A DNA stretch of 64,000 nucleotides. Source: an uncultured Pseudomonadota bacterium (GTDB taxonomy: Bacteria > Pseudomonadota > Alphaproteobacteria > JACZXZ01). The DNA is taken from contig CAVVLJ010000016.1 in assembly GCA_963749075.1 (NCBI GenBank), positions 64,001 to 128,000 of the forward strand. The letters run 5' to 3'. Shown one piece after another: positions 53,951-64,000 of this stretch. The notes beneath the pieces were generated by a model. That model saw only the letters and a list, made by a program, of their open reading frames with translations, was not told the origin of the DNA and did no database searches. Position numbers and translations under genes: made by a program. Within the stretch, counting starts at the first letter, position 1. Each line of letters opens with the position of its first letter.

Positions 53951-55263
53951 GCCCGACGGCCGAAGGCACCATCGTTCTCGTGGTCACGCTCGCGGTGCTG
54001 CTCTCGGGGGCGCCCGTCGCCTTCGCGCTCGGCGCCATCTCCATCGTCTTCATCGTCATCTTCCAGGGCTTCGACGCGCTGCATGCGGTGGCCGAGATCT
54101 TCTATTCGGGGCTCAACGACTTCACGCTCGTCTCGATTCCCATGTTCGTGATGATGGGGGCGGCGATCGGCTCGTCGCCCGCCGGCAGGGACCTCTACGA
54201 GGCGCTCGACCGCTGGCTCTACCGGGTGCCGGGCGGGCTCGTCATCTCGAACCTCGGCGCCTGCGCCCTCTTCGCGGCCCTCACCGGCTCCTCGCCCGCG
54301 ACCTGCGCCGCGATCGGCAAGATGGGCATTCCCGAGATGCGGCGGCGCGGCTATTCCGACGGCATCGCCACCGGCTCGATCTGCGCGGGCGGCACGCTCG
54401 GCATCCTCATCCCGCCCTCGATCACCTTCATCCTCTACGGCATCGCCACCGAGACCTCCATCGGCCGGCTCTTCCTCGCCGGCGTGATGCCCGGGCTGAT
54501 GCTGACCGGCCTCTTCATGCTGTGGACGCTGTTCGCGGTCTGGCGCAGCGGCTTCCGCGCCCACGCTGCTGAGTTCCGCTACAGCTGGCGCCAGAAGTTC
54601 GCGGCGATCCCCAAGGTGGCGCCCTTCCTCGCCATCGTGGCCGCGGTCATGTACGTGCTCTACGGCGGCATCGCGACGCCGTCCGAGGCCGCTGGCGTGG
54701 GGGCCGCACTTTGCCTCGTGCTTGCCGTTATCATCTACCGCATGTGGGACCCGCGCGCGGTCTGGCAGATCCTCAAGGAGACCACGCGCGAATCGGTCAT
54801 GATCCTCATGATCATCGCCGCCGCCGCGCTCTTCGGCTACATGCTGACCTCGCTCTACCTCACCCAGACGCTCGCCCAGGGCATCGCCGCCATGGCGGTC
54901 AACCGCTGGGTGCTGATGCTGCTCATCAACATCTTCCTCCTCGTCTGCGGCTTCTTCATCCCGCCCGCCGCAATCATCCTGATGACGAGCCCGATCCTCT
55001 TGCCGATCATCACCGCCGCCGGCTTCGATCCGGTGTGGTTCGGCGTCATCCTGACGATCAACATGGAGATCGGGCTCATCCACCCGCCGGTCGGGCTCAA
55101 CATCTACATCGTCAGCAGCATTGCCCCCGACGTGCCGGTGGTGCGCATCATGTGGGGGACGCTGCCCTATGTGATCTGCATGATGCTGCAGATCGTCGCC
55201 CTCTGCTTCTTCCCCCACATCGCGACCTGGCTCCCCGACCTGCTCATGGGTGCCGCGCACTGA
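53947..55263 (+). CDS. TRAP large permease (DctM family)
   Basis: SIPMF, GSSPAT, GTLGILIPPS, PPVGLN. Confidence 0.92.
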   Translation: MSPTAEGTIVLVVTLAVLLSGAPVAFALGAISIVFIVIFQGFDALHAVAEIFYSGLNDFTLVSIPMFVMMGAAIGSSPAGRDLYEALDRWLYRVPGGLVISNLGACALFAALTGSSPATCAAIGKMGIPEMRRRGYSDGIATGSICAGGTLGILIPPSITFILYGIATETSIGRLFLAGVMPGLMLTGLFMLWTLFAVWRSGFRAHAAEFRYSWRQKFAAIPKVAPFLAIVAAVMYVLYGGIATPSEAAGVGAALCLVLAVIIYRMWDPRAVWQILKETTRESVMILMIIAAAALFGYMLTSLYLTQTLAQGIAAMAVNRWVLMLLINIFLLVCGFFIPPAAIILMTSPILLPIITAAGFDPVWFGVILTINMEIGLIHPPVGLNIYIVSSIAPDVPVVRIMWGTLPYVICMMLQIVALCFFPHIATWLPDLLMGAAH

Positions 55264-55281
55264 GGCGGCGCGGCCGCAAGG

Positions 55282-56476
55282 TCAGTCCGCGGGTGCGGCG
55301 AGTGCCGCGCGCCGCTCGCTCGGCAGGAAGAGCCCCGCCGTTGCCACCGCGAGCGCCAGGACGGCGAGCAGAGGCAAGAGCGTCGAGAAGCCGCCGGCGC
55401 GGTCGTGGAGGAAGCCCACGATGGGCAGCGTGAGCGCGCTCACGCCGAAGCTCATGAGCTGCTTCGCCGCATAGATGCGCGTGCGCCATTCGGGGGTGGC
55501 GTAGCGCCCGACCATCCAGTCGCTGATCGGAATGGCGCCGAAGACGAAGAGGAAGAGCAGGAGTGCCGTGCCCACCAGCGCCCAGCCGCGCGTGCCCGCG
55601 ATGAGAAGGAGGAAGGGCACCTGGGCCAAGGGGATGAGGATATAGAGGGGCTTCAAGGGATAGCGGTCGAGCAGGTGGCCGACGAAGATTCTGGGCGGCC
55701 GCCGCGATCGCGAAGGTGACGGTCGCGAAGGCGCCCACCGCGGTGGTGCCGCCGGCGAGGCCGCCGAGCTGCTCCTGGTAGAGCTTGGGCAGCACCACGG
55801 TCGCGGCATTGAAGACGAGGCCGCTCGCGAGCGAGCCCACCAGCACGACGAGCACCACGCGGACGAGTGCGGCGCGCGGCAGGGCCACGGTCGTGCGCTT
55901 AAGGCGCGCCGCGCGCTCGGCCGTTTCGGTACGTCCGCGCATATGCAACGCAAAGGCGAGGCCGGTGAGGACGGAGACGATGCCCGGCACCACGAAGGCC
56001 ATGCGCCAACCATAGCGCTCGCTGAGCGTGGCCGCGGTGATGGCGGCGAACGCCACGCCGAGATTGCCGAACACGCCGTTGACGCCGAGCGCCTTGCCCA
56101 TGGCGGCCGATTCCTCGACCACCATGGCGATGCCGACCGGGTGGTAGATCGAGGCGAAGAGCCCGATGAGGGTGAGGCCGCAGGCCAGCTCGAGCGAGCC
56201 GTGCGCAAAGCCGGTCACGATCGCCGCACCCCCCATGCCCACGAAGAAGAGCGTCATCATGGTGCGCCGGCTCACGCGGTCGCCGAGCCAGCCCGAGGGC
56301 AGCGTGCCAACGCCGAAGGCGACGAAGCCGGCGGTGCCCAGAGCCAGGAGTTCGCCGTAGGGGCGCTGCCAATCGCGCTCGAGCGAGAGCACGACCGTGG
56401 GGAAGATCAGCATGAAGAGATGGTCGTAGAGATGGCCGGCATTGAGGAAGAGGATGGTGAGGCGGCGCTGCGGCAT
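55282..56476 (-). CDS. MFS transporter with one +1 insertion near 55690
   Basis: GWLGDRVSRR, SIYHPVG; C-terminal half continues in another frame (IFVGHLLDRYP); span is 3n+1. Confidence 0.8.
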
Positions 56477-56547
56477 GGCGGGGCTCCTCGCGGCCCATGA
56501 GAGGGAGCGATGGACTCTAGCGGCGCTGCCTGTTACCGTCTCTCGAT

Positions 56548-57348
56548 ATGAAGCCAAAAAATGTCTCGATTCGGACAGCCGTGCTTGATGGTGCACGCGC
56601 GGCGCCGGTCGAGGGCGGCGGCCAGCCCGTCATCGCGCGCGCCACCGACTATCCCGACCGCCATCTCATCGCCGCCCATTGGCACCCGCGCGCCCAGCTC
56701 CTCTACGCGCGGAACGGCATCATGACGGTGACGACGGAGGCGGGCATCTTCGTGGTGCCGCCGCAGCGCGCGGTCTGGGTGCCGGCGCGCCTCGTGCATC
56801 AGGTGCGCGCCTCGGGCCGCCTCGAGATGCGCAGCCTCTATATCGACGAGGCCGCCGCACCCGGCCTGCCGGGCGGCTGCTGCGTCGTCACCGTGAGCCC
56901 GCTCTTGCGCGAGCTCATCATGGCGGCAGTCGCCTTGGCGCCTTGCCGTCCCGCGGACGGCCGGGCCGCCCACGTCATGTCGCTCATCCTCGACGAGATC
57001 CGCGCGCAGCGGAGCGCACCCCTCCATCTCCCGGAGCCGCAGGACGGCCGCTTGAAGCGCATCGCGGCAGCGCTCCGCGCGGAGCCGGGCGACGGCCGCA
57101 CGCTCGCCGCCTGGGGCGATCTCGTAGGTGCCAGCGCCCGCACGCTCGCCCGCCGCTTCCAGGCCGAGACCGGCCTCTCCTTCGCCCGCTGGCGCCAGCA
57201 GGCGCGGCTCCTCGAGGCGCTCGTCCGGCTCGCGGGCGGTGCGGCGGTGACGACCGTGGCGCTCGATCTCGGCTACGACAGCCCGAGCGCCTTCATCGCC
57301 ATGTTCCGGCGCGCCCTCGGCACCACGCCGGCACGCTATTTCGGGTGA
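56548..57348 (+). CDS. AraC-family regulator (cupin + HTH)
   Basis: HWHPRAQL, PPQRAVWVP, SARTLAR, LGYDSPSAF. Confidence 0.9.
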   Translation: MKPKNVSIRTAVLDGARAAPVEGGGQPVIARATDYPDRHLIAAHWHPRAQLLYARNGIMTVTTEAGIFVVPPQRAVWVPARLVHQVRASGRLEMRSLYIDEAAAPGLPGGCCVVTVSPLLRELIMAAVALAPCRPADGRAAHVMSLILDEIRAQRSAPLHLPEPQDGRLKRIAAALRAEPGDGRTLAAWGDLVGASARTLARRFQAETGLSFARWRQQARLLEALVRLAGGAAVTTVALDLGYDSPSAFIAMFRRALGTTPARYFG

Positions 57349-57462
57349 ACGCGCTGCGGGCGATTCGCAAAGCCGTCCTTGCCGGCCCTGGCGCCAGGGA
57401 GTAGCGTCGCTCGTCCGTCCATGGAATGCGGGGCCGGCCGCCGGCACCGGCGAGGAGAGAGC

Positions 57463-58884
57463 ATGTCCGCGCAGCCGAAAATTGCCGCCGAGCCGCAGGT
57501 CGCCGCAGTGCCGCGCCTCAACCCGCGTGCCTCAGCCGAGTTGCATGCCCTCCTCGGCGAGCGCTTCTCGACGTCGCTCGCGGTGCGCGAGCTCCACGGC
57601 AAGGACGAATCGAGCTTCCGCCCGGTGCCGCCGGAGGCGGTCGCTTTCGCGCGCTCGACCGAGGAGGTGAGCGCCATCGTCAAGATTTGCGCGCGCCACA
57701 GGGTGCCGGTCATCCCCTTCGGCACCGGCACCTCGCTCGAGGGCCACGTGCTCGCGATCCAGGGCGGCCTCTCGCTCGATGTGAGCCAGATGAACCGGGT
57801 GCTGCGCGTGAGCCCGGAGGATCTCGACTGCACGGTCGAGGCCGGCGTCACGCGCAAGCAGCTCAACCAGCACATCAGGGACACCGGGCTCTTCTTCCCC
57901 ATCGATCCGGGTGCCGACGCCTCCTTGGGCGGCATGGCGGCGACGCGCGCCTCCGGCACCAACGCGGTGCGCTACGGCACCATGCGCGAGAACGTGCTCT
58001 CGCTCACCGTCGTGCTGCCCGACGGGCGCATCGTGCGCACGGCGCGGCGCGCGCGCAAGTCGGCCGCCGGCTACGATCTCACGCGGCTCTTCGTGGGCTC
58101 GGAGGGCACGCTCGGCGTCATCTGCGAGGTGACGCTCCGCCTCTACGGCATCCCGGAGGCGATCTCGGCCGCCGTCTGCCCGTTCCCCAGCCTCGAGGCG
58201 GCGGTGCGCACGGTGATCCAGACCATCCAGATGGGCATCCCCATCGCCCGCATCGAGCTCGCCGATCCCAGTGCGATGCGCGCGATCAATCGATACTCCA
58301 AGCTCGACTACCCGGAGTCGTTCACGCTCTTCTTCGAGTTCCATGGCAGCGAGAGCGGCGTCAAGGAGCAGGTCGAGACGGTCGAGGCGCTCGCCGGCGA
58401 GCATGGTGCCAACGACTTCCGCTGGGCGGTGCGGCCGGAGGAGCGCAGCAAGCTGTGGCAGGCGCGGCACGATGCCTATTTCGCCTCGCTCCAGCTGCGG
58501 CCAGGCTGCCGCGGCATCTCGACGGATGTCTGCGTGCCCATCTCGCGCTTGGCCGACTGCATCCTCGAGACCTTCGACGACATCAAAGGCGCCTCCATGC
58601 CGATCACGCTCGTGGGCCACGTGGGCGACGGCAATTTCCATCTCCTCTTCCTCATCGATCCGGACAGCGAAGCCGAGCGCCACGAGGCCGAGACGCTGAA
58701 CGAGCGCATGGTGATGCGGGCGCTCGCCATGGACGGCACCTCGACGGGCGAGCACGGCGTCGGCATCGGCAAGATGGACTTCCTCCTCGCCGAGCATGGC
58801 GAGGCGGTGAGCGTCATGCGCCAGATCAAGCGGGCGATCGACCCGGACAATCTGATGAATCCGGGCAAGATGCTGCGCTTCTGA
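57463..58884 (+). CDS. FAD-linked oxidase (D-lactate dehydrogenase/GlcD family)
   Basis: GTGTSLEG, DPGADA, GYDL...GSEGTLG, GHVGDGNFH, GEHGVG, NPGK. Confidence 0.9.
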   Translation: MSAQPKIAAEPQVAAVPRLNPRASAELHALLGERFSTSLAVRELHGKDESSFRPVPPEAVAFARSTEEVSAIVKICARHRVPVIPFGTGTSLEGHVLAIQGGLSLDVSQMNRVLRVSPEDLDCTVEAGVTRKQLNQHIRDTGLFFPIDPGADASLGGMAATRASGTNAVRYGTMRENVLSLTVVLPDGRIVRTARRARKSAAGYDLTRLFVGSEGTLGVICEVTLRLYGIPEAISAAVCPFPSLEAAVRTVIQTIQMGIPIARIELADPSAMRAINRYSKLDYPESFTLFFEFHGSESGVKEQVETVEALAGEHGANDFRWAVRPEERSKLWQARHDAYFASLQLRPGCRGISTDVCVPISRLADCILETFDDIKGASMPITLVGHVGDGNFHLLFLIDPDSEAERHEAETLNERMVMRALAMDGTSTGEHGVGIGKMDFLLAEHGEAVSVMRQIKRAIDPDNLMNPGKMLRF

Positions 58885-59128
58885 GACCGCTTCGGGCGCC
58901 GGGATGCGGCGTCCTCCGCGTGCTGCGGCGGGCGCGCGGGACTTGACCTCGCCATAAAGTCGTCACAAGGCTTCCTTAGCGTGCTGCTGCCCGGGCTGTC
59001 GGGCCGGCGCCGCCCGTAAAGGATGCAGCGGTGCCGCTGGCTTTTGCCGCGGCCTTCGTTTTGAGCTGAGGCGATAGGTTTCTGACTTTGGCAGCCGCGG
59101 CCCGGACGCGGTTCAGGAGGCCTCACGC

Positions 59129-62100
59129 GTGAGGAAGCTCTTCATCAGCCTCGGCGCTCTTTTGGCGCTGGCCGCCGTCACCGCGCTCTTCGCCCCGAGC
59201 CTCGTCGACTGGAACCGCTACAAGGGCGAGATCTCGACGCGCGTCGAGGATGCGACGGGCCGCACGCTCACGATCGACGGCAACATCGCACTTGCGCTCC
59301 TGCCCACGCCAAAGCTGCTCGTGACCGGCATGCGTCTCTCGAACCTGCCGGGCTCGAAGAACCCGGACATGGTGCGCCTCAAGGCGCTCGAGGCCCATGT
59401 CGCCTTTGCCCCGCTCCTCGCCGGCCGCATCCAGATCGAGAGCCTCGATCTCATCGAGCCGCAGGTCCTCGTCGAGCGCCTTGCCGACGGTCGGGTCAAC
59501 TGGAAGTTCACGCCCGAGAGAGCGCCGGCGGACAGCGGCTCGAGCGCGGCACCCGCGGCCGCGGGAGGCGAAGCGACGCCGCTGCCCTCCTGGCTGCAGC
59601 TCGATCATCTCACGGTCGAGGGCGGCACGCTCGTCTACCACGATGCGAAGACGGCCAAGCTGTGGACGCTCAGCCAGATCAACGGCGGGCTCAGCGCGGG
59701 CACCCAGGCGGGCCCCTACCGCGCCCAATGGCGCGCCGTGGCGGGCAAGCTGCCGGTCACCATGGACATGTCGCTCGAACGCATTGCCGGCCGCCGCCCC
59801 GCGGGCTTCGGCCTGCGCGTCGCCTTCACCGGCGCGCAGGTCGATTTCAACGGCAGCGTCAGCAATACCGCCGACGGGCTCGAGCTCGCCGGCAAGCTCC
59901 GTGCCTCGAGCCCCGACGTGAGCGCCGCGGCCGCCACCATGGGGCTCGCCGGGCTCGCGGCGCTGCCGGCGTTCCTCAATCAAAAGCTGGCGCTCGACGG
60001 CACCATCACCGCCTCCCAGCAGAAGCTCGTGTTGAGCCAGCTCTCGCTGCGCCTCGGCGAGAGCGAGGCGACCGGCGGCATCTCCTTCCAGCCCGGCCCG
60101 AAGGACCGCGTGGCGGTGACGCTGGCGCTGACGCGCATCGATCTCGACAAGTGGCTCGCGAGCGAGCCGCCGCCCAAGGCGGCCTCGGGTGCCGCCCTGG
60201 GTCCGGCCGTGCCGCTCACGGCGGGGGCGGCAGCCGACGCGGCCAAGGAGGCCGTGCTCGACCTCGCGTCCTTCAAGCTTCCCGACGGCATCGAGGCGAC
60301 GCTCGACGTGTCCCTCGACGGCCTCCTCCTCAAGGGCGGCGTGGTGCGGCAGATCCGTTTCGGAGCGGCGCTCAACAACGGCGAGCTCGCCCTCACCCAG
60401 CTCACCGCCGAGCTGCCCGGCGGCTCGGACGTGACGATCTATGGCGCGCTCAAGACGCCGCCCGGCGGGCCGGTCTTCAACGGCGACATCGAGGCGGCCT
60501 CCGACAACCTGCGCGGCATCTTCGACTGGCTCAAGATCGATACCAGTGCGGTGTTGGCCGAGCGCATGCGCCGCCTCTCGCTCAGCGCTGCGATGCAGCT
60601 CACGCCCAATCAGCTCCAGCTGCGCGACGTCGATGCCACCCTCGACACCTCGCACGTGATGGGCGCCGCCACCGTCCTCTTGCAGAAGCGCCCGGCCTTC
60701 GGCGCGAGCTTCGCGATCGACCGGCTCAATCTCGATGCCTACCTGCCGCAGCCGGCTGCTGCGAAGCCCGCGGCGCCGGCCGGCGCCAAGGCGTCCGCCA
60801 AGGAGGGCATTGCTACGGACGCCGCGAAGCTCGCAGCCGCGGATCCGCAGCACCTGCTCGCGGCCTTCGATGCCAACCTGCGCGCGCGCATCGACGAGCT
60901 CATCTTCCGCGGCCAATCCATCCGCGGCATCCGCTTCGACGGCACGGTGCAGTCGGGCGCGCTCACGGTGCGCGAGGCGAGCGTCGACGATCTCGCCGGG
61001 CTCAAGGGCCGGGTGTCGGGCAGCCTCAGCGGGCCGCAGCAGGCGCGCAAGCTCGATGCGACGCTCGATCTCAGCGCCTCCGATCCTGCCGGTCTCCTGC
61101 GCTTTGCCGGCTGGCAGACGTCGTTCCCGGTCGACCAATTGGGCACGGTGGCGCTCAAGGGGCAGCTCTCGGGCAATCTGGAGAAGCTCGCGATCGATCT
61201 CGACGCCGGGCTTCTCGAGGGGAGCTACAAGCTCAAGGGCGCGCTCGGCCTGGCGGGCGGCACGCCGAGCTGCGAGCTCGATGTCGCGGCGAAGCAGCCG
61301 CAGCTCGAGCGCCTGGTGCGCCTCTTCGCGGCCGACCGGGATCCGGGCGGTCTCGGGGAGCTCGATCTTTCGGCCCATGTGAGCGCCAAGGGCGATGCGA
61401 TTTCAGTGAGCGGCCTCAAGGCCCAATCGGGGCTGCTCGACGCGGCGGGCGATTTTGCCGTAAACGGCCTTGGCCAGAAGCGCGCGGTCAAGGCGAGCCT
61501 CACGGGCTCGACGAAGCGTCTTGCCGAGGTGCTGGGCCTCGCCGGCGCCAACGTGCCCCGGTCGCTCGACCGCCTCGGCGCGCTCGACGCTGAGCTCAAG
61601 CTCGAGGGCGAGGGCGAGAGCTATACCGTCGAGAGCAAGCTCACGGGGAGCGGCGGCTCCTTGGCGCTCGCCGGCAAGCTCGCGACGGCGGCCGGCGGCG
61701 CGAGCTATGACATGCTGCTCGACGCGGACGACAGCGAGTTTGCCACGCTGCTCGCCGCATTGCTGCCGGACTATCATCCGGCGAGCGCCAAGCTCGGCGG
61801 CTTCCGGCTGCACGCCAAGGCGACGGGAACGGGCGCCGCGATCGCTTTGAGCGAGCTCACGGCGAAGCTCGGGCCGGTGGACCTCACGGGCTCGCTTGCC
61901 GCGGCATTCGGCAGCGCGCGCCCGAAAGTGACCATGCGGCTCGAGGCGGACGCCCTCGACCTCGACCCGTTCCTTCCCGCAGGCGAGAGTGCCTCAGCGC
62001 CAAGCCGCCGCCCGCGCGGGCAGGCCGCCGCGACGAGTGCTCGCTGGTCGACGGCGCCGCTCGAGCTCGCCCTGCTCAAGTCGATCGATGCCGACGTGAC

Positions 62101-62911
62101 GCTCGACACCCCCTCGCTCACCTACGGGCAATACCGCATCGAGGGTGCCAAGCTCGCGGCAACGCTCGATCGCTCGGTCCTGGCGCTTGGCGGGCTCAGC
62201 GGCAAGCTTTACGGCGGCGATCTCAAGATCGCCGGCAAGCTCGACGGCACGGCACTCCCCGCGGCGAGCCTGTCGCTCCGCCTCGATGGCGCCAACCTCG
62301 GCCAAGCCGGGCTCAAGCTCGGCGCCGTCAAGCTCACGAACGGCCTGCTGTCGCTGTCGGCCGATCTCGCGACGAGCGGCGGCAGCGAGCTCGCACTGGT
62401 GCGCGGACTGAACGGCGGCGGCACGCTCGGCATGCAAGGCGGCGACATCGCGGGACTCGATCTAGGTGCTGTCAATGCGCGGCTCGCCAAGCCCGCGCGC
62501 GCGGCGGACGTGCTGGGCCTCGTGCAGGCTGCCACCTCGCGCGGCGAGACCAAGATCGAGCGTCTCGCGGGCACCTTCACCGTGAAGGACGGCGAGGCCG
62601 AGAACAAGGACCTGGTCATCCAGGCCGACGGCGCCAGCGGCGAGGGTCACGGCAGCCTCGATCTGCCGCGCTGGTACCTCGAGTACGAGACCTCCTTCAA
62701 GCTCGCCGCCGTCGCCGACGCGCCGCCCTTCGTCATCAAGTTCACGGGCGCCCCGGACGAGCCGCGCAAGTTCCTCTATGCGAACGAGTTCGAGAGGTGG
62801 CTCGCGAAGCGGGAGGCGGCGGCGCTGGTCAAGGGTGCGGTCAAGGGCGGCGCGCGGAACTCGACCGAGGGCGCCGTCGAGGACATCATCAAGAGCCTGG
62901 AGAAGAAGTAG
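59129..62911 (+). CDS. AsmA-family protein (1260 aa)
   Basis: N-terminal anchor, VDWNRYK...TGRTLTIDG, beta-rich repeats, C-terminal GSLDLPRW. Confidence 0.85.
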   Translation: MRKLFISLGALLALAAVTALFAPSLVDWNRYKGEISTRVEDATGRTLTIDGNIALALLPTPKLLVTGMRLSNLPGSKNPDMVRLKALEAHVAFAPLLAGRIQIESLDLIEPQVLVERLADGRVNWKFTPERAPADSGSSAAPAAAGGEATPLPSWLQLDHLTVEGGTLVYHDAKTAKLWTLSQINGGLSAGTQAGPYRAQWRAVAGKLPVTMDMSLERIAGRRPAGFGLRVAFTGAQVDFNGSVSNTADGLELAGKLRASSPDVSAAAATMGLAGLAALPAFLNQKLALDGTITASQQKLVLSQLSLRLGESEATGGISFQPGPKDRVAVTLALTRIDLDKWLASEPPPKAASGAALGPAVPLTAGAAADAAKEAVLDLASFKLPDGIEATLDVSLDGLLLKGGVVRQIRFGAALNNGELALTQLTAELPGGSDVTIYGALKTPPGGPVFNGDIEAASDNLRGIFDWLKIDTSAVLAERMRRLSLSAAMQLTPNQLQLRDVDATLDTSHVMGAATVLLQKRPAFGASFAIDRLNLDAYLPQPAAAKPAAPAGAKASAKEGIATDAAKLAAADPQHLLAAFDANLRARIDELIFRGQSIRGIRFDGTVQSGALTVREASVDDLAGLKGRVSGSLSGPQQARKLDATLDLSASDPAGLLRFAGWQTSFPVDQLGTVALKGQLSGNLEKLAIDLDAGLLEGSYKLKGALGLAGGTPSCELDVAAKQPQLERLVRLFAADRDPGGLGELDLSAHVSAKGDAISVSGLKAQSGLLDAAGDFAVNGLGQKRAVKASLTGSTKRLAEVLGLAGANVPRSLDRLGALDAELKLEGEGESYTVESKLTGSGGSLALAGKLATAAGGASYDMLLDADDSEFATLLAALLPDYHPASAKLGGFRLHAKATGTGAAIALSELTAKLGPVDLTGSLAAAFGSARPKVTMRLEADALDLDPFLPAGESASAPSRRPRGQAAATSARWSTAPLELALLKSIDADVTLDTPSLTYGQYRIEGAKLAATLDRSVLALGGLSGKLYGGDLKIAGKLDGTALPAASLSLRLDGANLGQAGLKLGAVKLTNGLLSLSADLATSGGSELALVRGLNGGGTLGMQGGDIAGLDLGAVNARLAKPARAADVLGLVQAATSRGETKIERLAGTFTVKDGEAENKDLVIQADGASGEGHGSLDLPRWYLEYETSFKLAAVADAPPFVIKFTGAPDEPRKFLYANEFERWLAKREAAALVKGAVKGGARNSTEGAVEDIIKSLEKK

Positions 62912-63104
62912 AGAAGCAGGCGCTGGCGCATGTCGCAATCGGGCCGACCGCTCGATCGCGCCGCAACCCGTATTGCGCGAGTACCCGGCTCGGCGTCGCC
63001 GGCATTGCGTAATGGGCGTACGATGGGTCACGCACGCCGGGCACCTTCGGGATGTCGGCTTGAAACTGCCATCCATGGGGGGATGCGCCATGAATTGAAC
63101 CGGG

Positions 63105-63611
63105 ATGCTCCGCAGAATGACGCTGGCCATGCTGTGCGTCGGTATCGCCCTCACCATGACCGACGCAATGGCACAGGGAACGTCGAAAATCGATAAGAGG
63201 AAGCTGGTGGGAAGCTGGACGCTCGTCGCGGTCAGCAACACGCTTCCGGATGGCAAAACGACGCAGAATTTCGGTCCGAATGACGGCGTCGTGATTTTCG
63301 CGGCGAATGGCACGTTTGTTCAAGCGCTCGCGCGCCCGGATATCCCTAAATTCGCGTCCAACAATCGCAACACTGGAAGCCCCGACGAAAATAAAGCGGT
63401 CGTCCAGGCAAGTCTGGCATTCTTTGGCACGTATACCGTCGGCAAGGACGGCACCCTGACGCTTCATATGGAACGCAGCACCTTTCCAAACTGGAACGGC
63501 ACGGATCAGATGAGAACCATTACCTCCCTTACCGCTCATGAGCTGAAGTGGCACAACCCCCTTGCGACGGTGGGCGGAACCACTGAGACAGCCTGGAAGC
63601 GCACCAAATAG
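63105..63611 (+). CDS. Lipocalin-like domain exported protein
   Basis: Signal peptide, LVGSWTLV, AFFGTYTV, STFPNWNGT; lower GC. Confidence 0.8.
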   Translation: MLRRMTLAMLCVGIALTMTDAMAQGTSKIDKRKLVGSWTLVAVSNTLPDGKTTQNFGPNDGVVIFAANGTFVQALARPDIPKFASNNRNTGSPDENKAVVQASLAFFGTYTVGKDGTLTLHMERSTFPNWNGTDQMRTITSLTAHELKWHNPLATVGGTTETAWKRTK

Positions 63612-63748
63612 CCGGGTTGCTTGGCGCCGGAGCGCCCATCGCCGACAGCAGTCCCCTATGGATCATGAACGCGTGCGGAAGCGGGAACGCGCCGCGACCG
63701 CTCCGCCTGCTGCCGAGCGTTGCGCGAATTCGCTCAGCTGCGTCGATT

Positions 63749-64000
63749 TCACGCAGCCTGCAACTGCGATGCCGGCGACGGCACGCTGAGCAACTGCCGC
63801 CAAGTCGCACCAAGCCGCTTGCGCTCCGCTTCCGCGGCCTTCGCCGCCGCGAGGATTTCGCCGTCATGCGCACTGCCGAGCATCCCGAGGATGGCCGCCA
63901 AGCGGTCCTTCGTCTCGGTATGCGCCGCCGCGTCGGTGTCGGCGAGCATCCATTCGCCGTTGCGGGTGCACCTCAGGACGCCTTGCCGCTCCAGATGTTC
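63749..64000 (-). CDS. Hypothetical protein, 5' end off the window
   Basis: Frame open to 64000: EHLERQGVLRCTRNGEW...RLAAILGMLGSAHDGEILAAA...LGATW. Confidence 0.55.
   Translation of the reverse strand, partial: EHLERQGVLRCTRNGEWMLADTDAAAHTETKDRLAAILGMLGSAHDGEILAAAKAAEAERKRLGATWRQLLSVPSPASQLQAA

Overview
High-GC (roughly 70% by eye) alphaproteobacterial chromosome segment, Rhodospirillales-like by gene order. The left 25 kb is an accessory catabolic region: a minus-strand molybdenum-hydroxylase operon (L-M-S/CoxG fusion plus an LLM monooxygenase) divergent from a MarR gene; DUF992; a PAS-degenerate GGDEF-EAL protein; a PDZ lipoprotein; hydantoinase/oxoprolinase A+B with a PotABCD-like ABC system; two signal-peptide-less NMT1/THI5-fold paralogues; an aldo-keto reductase; an intact ISAs1 element; and a Rieske oxygenase alpha/beta pair with a divergent ABM gene. 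The centre (25.5-50 kb) is the canonical mraZ-rsmH-ftsLI-murEF-mraY-murD-ftsW-murGCB-ddl-ftsQAZ-lpxC-bamD-recN-ligA cluster. The right part holds rnpB, an amidase, a TRAP transporter, MFS/AraC, an FAD oxidase, AsmA and a lipocalin-like gene. Main observations: (1) a nested mobile structure in which ISAs1 sits in the hairpin loop of a REP doublet, itself inside a ~160-bp CTAG-bounded element that abuts TAG stop codons; (2) a shared palindromic operator GCAGTRTACTGA overlapping the promoters of both the Mo-hydroxylase and Rieske operons 19 kb apart, suggesting one N-heteroaromatic catabolic regulon with unusual downstream enzymes; (3) lpxC has no ATG/GTG/TTG before its conserved N-terminus and appears to start at ATT. 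Single-base insertions in murD and the MFS gene suggest some assembly errors, so single-base claims need read-level checks. All product calls are by motif recognition only; no database searches were run.
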